A stretch of DNA of 24,594 nt from contig CAYSNH010000002.1 of NCBI GenBank assembly GCA_964432405.1, positions 1 to 24,594 on the forward strand. Direction: 5' to 3'. A program made the position numbers and the translations under genes. Shown piece by piece: positions 22,353 to 24,594 of this stretch (the stretch's first letter is position 1; each line of letters opens with the position of its first letter). Below the pieces are notes generated by a model. The model made no database searches, was not told the origin of the DNA, and saw only the letters and a list, made by a program, of their open reading frames with translations. This DNA is from an uncultured Candidatus Saccharibacteria bacterium. GTDB lineage: Bacteria; Patescibacteriota; Minisyncoccia; UBA6257; UBA11618.

Positions 22353-22426
22353 GCCCCGTTAGCTCAGCCTGGTAGAGCAGTTGCCTTTTAAGCAAATGGT
22401 CGTAGGTTCGAATCCTACACGGGGCA
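22353..22426 (+). tRNA. tRNA-Lys (anticodon UUU), CCA not encoded
   Basis: Acceptor GCCCCGT/ACGGGGC, D arm GCTC-AGCCTGGTA-GAGC, anticodon arm GTTGC-CTTTTAA-GCAAA, T arm GTAGG-TTCGAAT-CCTAC, discriminator A. 74 nt. Confidence 0.88.
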
Positions 22427-22427
22427 C

Positions 22428-22456
22428 AAAAAAACCCGCTACGAGCGGGTCTTTTT
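22428..22456. terminator. Bidirectional rho-independent terminator shared by tRNA-Lys (+) and dnaJ (-)
   Basis: A7 - ACCCGCT - ACG - AGCGGGT - CTTTTT, so there is a U-tract in both orientations. Confidence 0.7.
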
Positions 22457-22457
22457 A

Positions 22458-23537
22458 TTAATTAATTTCTTTTTTCAATTCATCCAATATCTTTTTTGTC
22501 TTTCCAGAAACCTTTTTAGGAGTTTTGATTATGAACTTGATAAGTAGATCACCTCGTTTTTTTAAGAGACCACTTCCTAACTGAGTCATTCCCTTGTCAG
22601 GTACTTTAAACTCCTCGTTAAGATCAGTGCCTGCAGGAATTTTGAGATCCATCTCTTTCCCTTCGATTGTTTTAACCTTAACCTTATTATCCGACAAGAT
22701 ATCTAACAGATTGATTTCCTTCTTTATAACCAGGTCATCTCCTCTTAATTCAAAGTCTTGATGAGGTTGGATGATAATCTTTACATACAAATCACCAGCA
22801 GCCGCTCCTCGTTCACCGGCCTCACCAGCACCAGGAACTTTGATTATCTGACCACTACGAATACCTGGGGCGATAGCAACTGGAATAGATCTTTCCGTTT
22901 TGATACGACCAAAGCCAGCACACTTGCCACAGTTCTTGTTAGGAATCTGACCAGAACCAAAACATTTCTCACAACGTCTAATTTGAGAAAAGTTGCCAAA
23001 AAAAGTATTACGATTTTCTTTAATCTCTCCTCGACCATCACAGGTACTGCAATCGGTGAAGCCCTCCTTAGGGAAATGACCGGCTCCAGAACACTCCTGA
23101 CAGACTATTTGGGTAGGGTAAGAGATATCCTTCCCAACGCCTTTAAAAGCTTCTTCTAGGTTAATTTGAAAGCCAATCTCGAGATCTGAACCGCGTTGAT
23201 AGGTTTTTCTCCTCTTTACACCAAGCCCCTCAAACAAATTATCAAAAATGTCATTAATATTACCCAGATCTTCTAAGTTGGAATAATCAAAATTAAAATC
23301 AAACCCACCACCTTGGAAAGGGTTATTACCGTCAAAAGTTTGACCAAATTGATCATACTGACGTCTTTTATCTTGATTGGATAGAATCTGATAGGCTTCA
23401 TTGACCTCCTTGAACTTGTCCTCATTGCCGTTAGGACGATCGGGATGATATTCGTGCGCTAATTTACGATACGCCTTCTTAATATCATCTTCAGAAGCAC
23501 TCTTCTCTACCCCTAATATTTTGTAATAGTCTTTCAT
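22458..23537 (-). CDS. dnaJ: Molecular chaperone DnaJ
   Basis: J domain with HPD (EYHPDRP), G/F-rich region ([10 protein letters not shown]), four CxxCxGxG zinc-finger repeats ([32 protein letters not shown]), and a C-terminal substrate-binding domain. Confidence 0.92.
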   Translation of the reverse strand: MKDYYKILGVEKSASEDDIKKAYRKLAHEYHPDRPNGNEDKFKEVNEAYQILSNQDKRRQYDQFGQTFDGNNPFQGGGFDFNFDYSNLEDLGNINDIFDNLFEGLGVKRRKTYQRGSDLEIGFQINLEEAFKGVGKDISYPTQIVCQECSGAGHFPKEGFTDCSTCDGRGEIKENRNTFFGNFSQIRRCEKCFGSGQIPNKNCGKCAGFGRIKTERSIPVAIAPGIRSGQIIKVPGAGEAGERGAAAGDLYVKIIIQPHQDFELRGDDLVIKKEINLLDILSDNKVKVKTIEGKEMDLKIPAGTDLNEEFKVPDKGMTQLGSGLLKKRGDLLIKFIIKTPKKVSGKTKKILDELKKEIN

Positions 23538-23542
23538 GGTTT

Positions 23543-24490
23543 TTAAATTGAAACTACTTCCTGGGTAATTTTATTTGACCTAATATAAACAAAGCCTGTT
23601 AGTAAAAGCAACTTATACAATAGCCAAGCTAGAATACTAGCAACGATATTAATTACAAAGGTACCACCACTCACTAACAAAAAGGCGGATGCACCAAGAA
23701 AAGTAAATAAAGTGCCTTGGTATTTTTCAGGGACATTGTTTATTAATCCATCAACTATCTTCTTAGAGGCGGTAACAAAATCCTCATCTAATCTAACTTT
23801 TACCCCTGCTATCTTAGCAACTATCTCCTTTAGCTGATTGACCGTACCTTGAATAAGACTTTCTTGGTCTTCGGTAGATAGCTCCTCTAACTCCTCACCG
23901 TGCAATTCTGAAGCGGTTGACTCCAAAATGTCTTGCAAAGATTGATCGATAGAAAAATTAGGAATGAATTTAGCAATAGCTGGTTCTAATGGTCGAGTAG
24001 TGAGATCAATCGCCTCTTCAGAGATCTGAAAATCGTCTCTTTCAAAAGTGCTGAGGTAAGTGGTAACGGCGAAGAAGATCATCGCTAACGTTGCCAGCAT
24101 CATAATAGAATGCCGCAAACGAAAGAAATTAATCTTGACCATACCTTTTAAAGCGGATCGGCCATTAAAGTGAGAATAGGCTAGAAGAAGAAAGGTGATT
24201 GCCACTATGGGCAATAGCCAGATTGATGGTCGAATTAGAAAGGGCCAAGTCATAGCGGCCACCTCTAAACCGATAAAGATTAAAGCCATCTTCTTTTCTT
24301 CAATAATAAGAGTCTGAATAAAAAAGAGTGCTAGAAAGATAAAGCCCGCTATTACCGCCACTAAAAACCAATAGAAGTTAGTGGTGGTAATGCCAAAGAC
24401 ACTGGCGCTATAACCGAAAATAGCAGCTACCAAAACAGCGGTAGCGCCAAAGATTGTTATTTTTTGTTGCGGCTTTTCCAAACGGGACAC
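23543..24490 (-). CDS. Multi-pass membrane protein of unknown function (315 aa, GTG start)
   Basis: Several hydrophobic helices at the N-terminus, an acidic soluble insert ([16 protein letters not shown]), and C-terminal TM helices. Lies 5 nt upstream of dnaJ. Confidence 0.6.
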   Translation of the reverse strand: MSRLEKPQQKITIFGATAVLVAAIFGYSASVFGITTTNFYWFLVAVIAGFIFLALFFIQTLIIEEKKMALIFIGLEVAAMTWPFLIRPSIWLLPIVAITFLLLAYSHFNGRSALKGMVKINFFRLRHSIMMLATLAMIFFAVTTYLSTFERDDFQISEEAIDLTTRPLEPAIAKFIPNFSIDQSLQDILESTASELHGEELEELSTEDQESLIQGTVNQLKEIVAKIAGVKVRLDEDFVTASKKIVDGLINNVPEKYQGTLFTFLGASAFLLVSGGTFVINIVASILAWLLYKLLLLTGFVYIRSNKITQEVVSI

Positions 24491-24510
24491 GTTATGGTAA
24501 TTATACCATT

Positions 24511-24594
24511 TTATTTTTCCTCTTGTTTATCCCCATCTGTTGCCTGATCAGCGTCCTTCTCAGGAGTTTGGTCAGGAGTTTGGTCAGGAGTTTG
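24511..24594 (-). CDS. 3' end of a CDS that continues beyond the right window edge; acidic repeat tail. Identity unknown; dnaK is only a synteny guess.
   Basis: The reverse frame reads QTPDQTPDQTPEKDADQATDGDKQEEK then TAA (24513..24511). It is open to the window edge. Confidence 0.5.
   Translation of the reverse strand, partial: QTPDQTPDQTPEKDADQATDGDKQEEK
24561..24594. repeat. 12-bp tandem repeat (caggagtttggt, 2.8 copies, cut by the window edge)
   Basis: Read directly from the sequence. Encodes (QTPD)n in the partial minus-strand CDS. Confidence 0.85.

Noticed and set aside
15974-23159. Embedded ORFs at 15974..16234(-), 16356..16577(+), 17277..17480(+), 18183..18380(+), 20813..21067(+), 21171..21410(+), 22758..23159(+) and 22844..23041(-)
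   Set aside because: Each lies wholly within, and antisense to or out of frame with, a CDS that has strong homology or operon support. None has a recognisable motif or initiation signal.
1-24594. Alternative genetic code (UGA recoded as Gly or Trp, as in some candidate phyla)
   Set aside because: Standard-code ORFs tile the window with conserved full-length proteins. TGA functions as a stop in an ATGA overlap (3655..3658), and an RF2 with an SPF motif is encoded.
1-24594. CRISPR arrays, rRNA genes, transposases, integrases, IS inverted repeats, prophage genes
   Set aside because: Scanning turned up no spaced direct-repeat arrays, no transposase- or integrase-like ORFs and no long terminal inverted repeats. 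The only repeats are short in-frame coding repeats.

Overview
AT-rich, gene-dense bacterial chromosomal segment, transcribed almost entirely on the minus strand. Most genes are housekeeping: ftsX-ftsE-prfB, tRNA-Thr, lepA, ndk, aspS, mnmA, efp, secDF, tRNA-Lys and dnaJ. Domain-minimised core proteins, many membrane-anchored ORFans, few Shine-Dalgarno (SD) sites and a sigma-region-4/HARE-HTH fusion suggest a reduced-genome, CPR/Patescibacteria-like organism; this is inference only. The standard genetic code fits: ORFs tile the window, TGA serves as a stop, and an RF2 with an SPF motif is present. Two blocks stand out. (1) 3086..9757 is a translationally coupled seven-gene operon. Five consecutive N-terminally anchored proteins have no family I can recognise, except that one is a trypsin-fold serine protease and one carries a DsbA-type WCPHC motif. 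They are followed by an FtsB/DivIC homologue and a SurA-N-like protein. (2) 16319..19021 is a two-gene module: a 400-aa membrane protein plus a TM-less TrwB/VirD4-type coupling-protein ATPase. No other conjugation or T4SS gene is in the window, and the module lies just downstream of the sigma-r4/HARE-HTH regulator. Smaller oddities: RF2 lacks domain 1 and its ATG sits 1 nt from the tRNA-Thr 3' end. AspRS lacks the GAD insertion, and EF-P has Arg at the loop tip in a non-canonical loop. A 37-codon membrane-peptide gene with full expression signals lies on the opposite strand between lepA and the big operon. lepA has a long closed-helix leader. No CRISPR array, rRNA or recognisable mobile element was seen.
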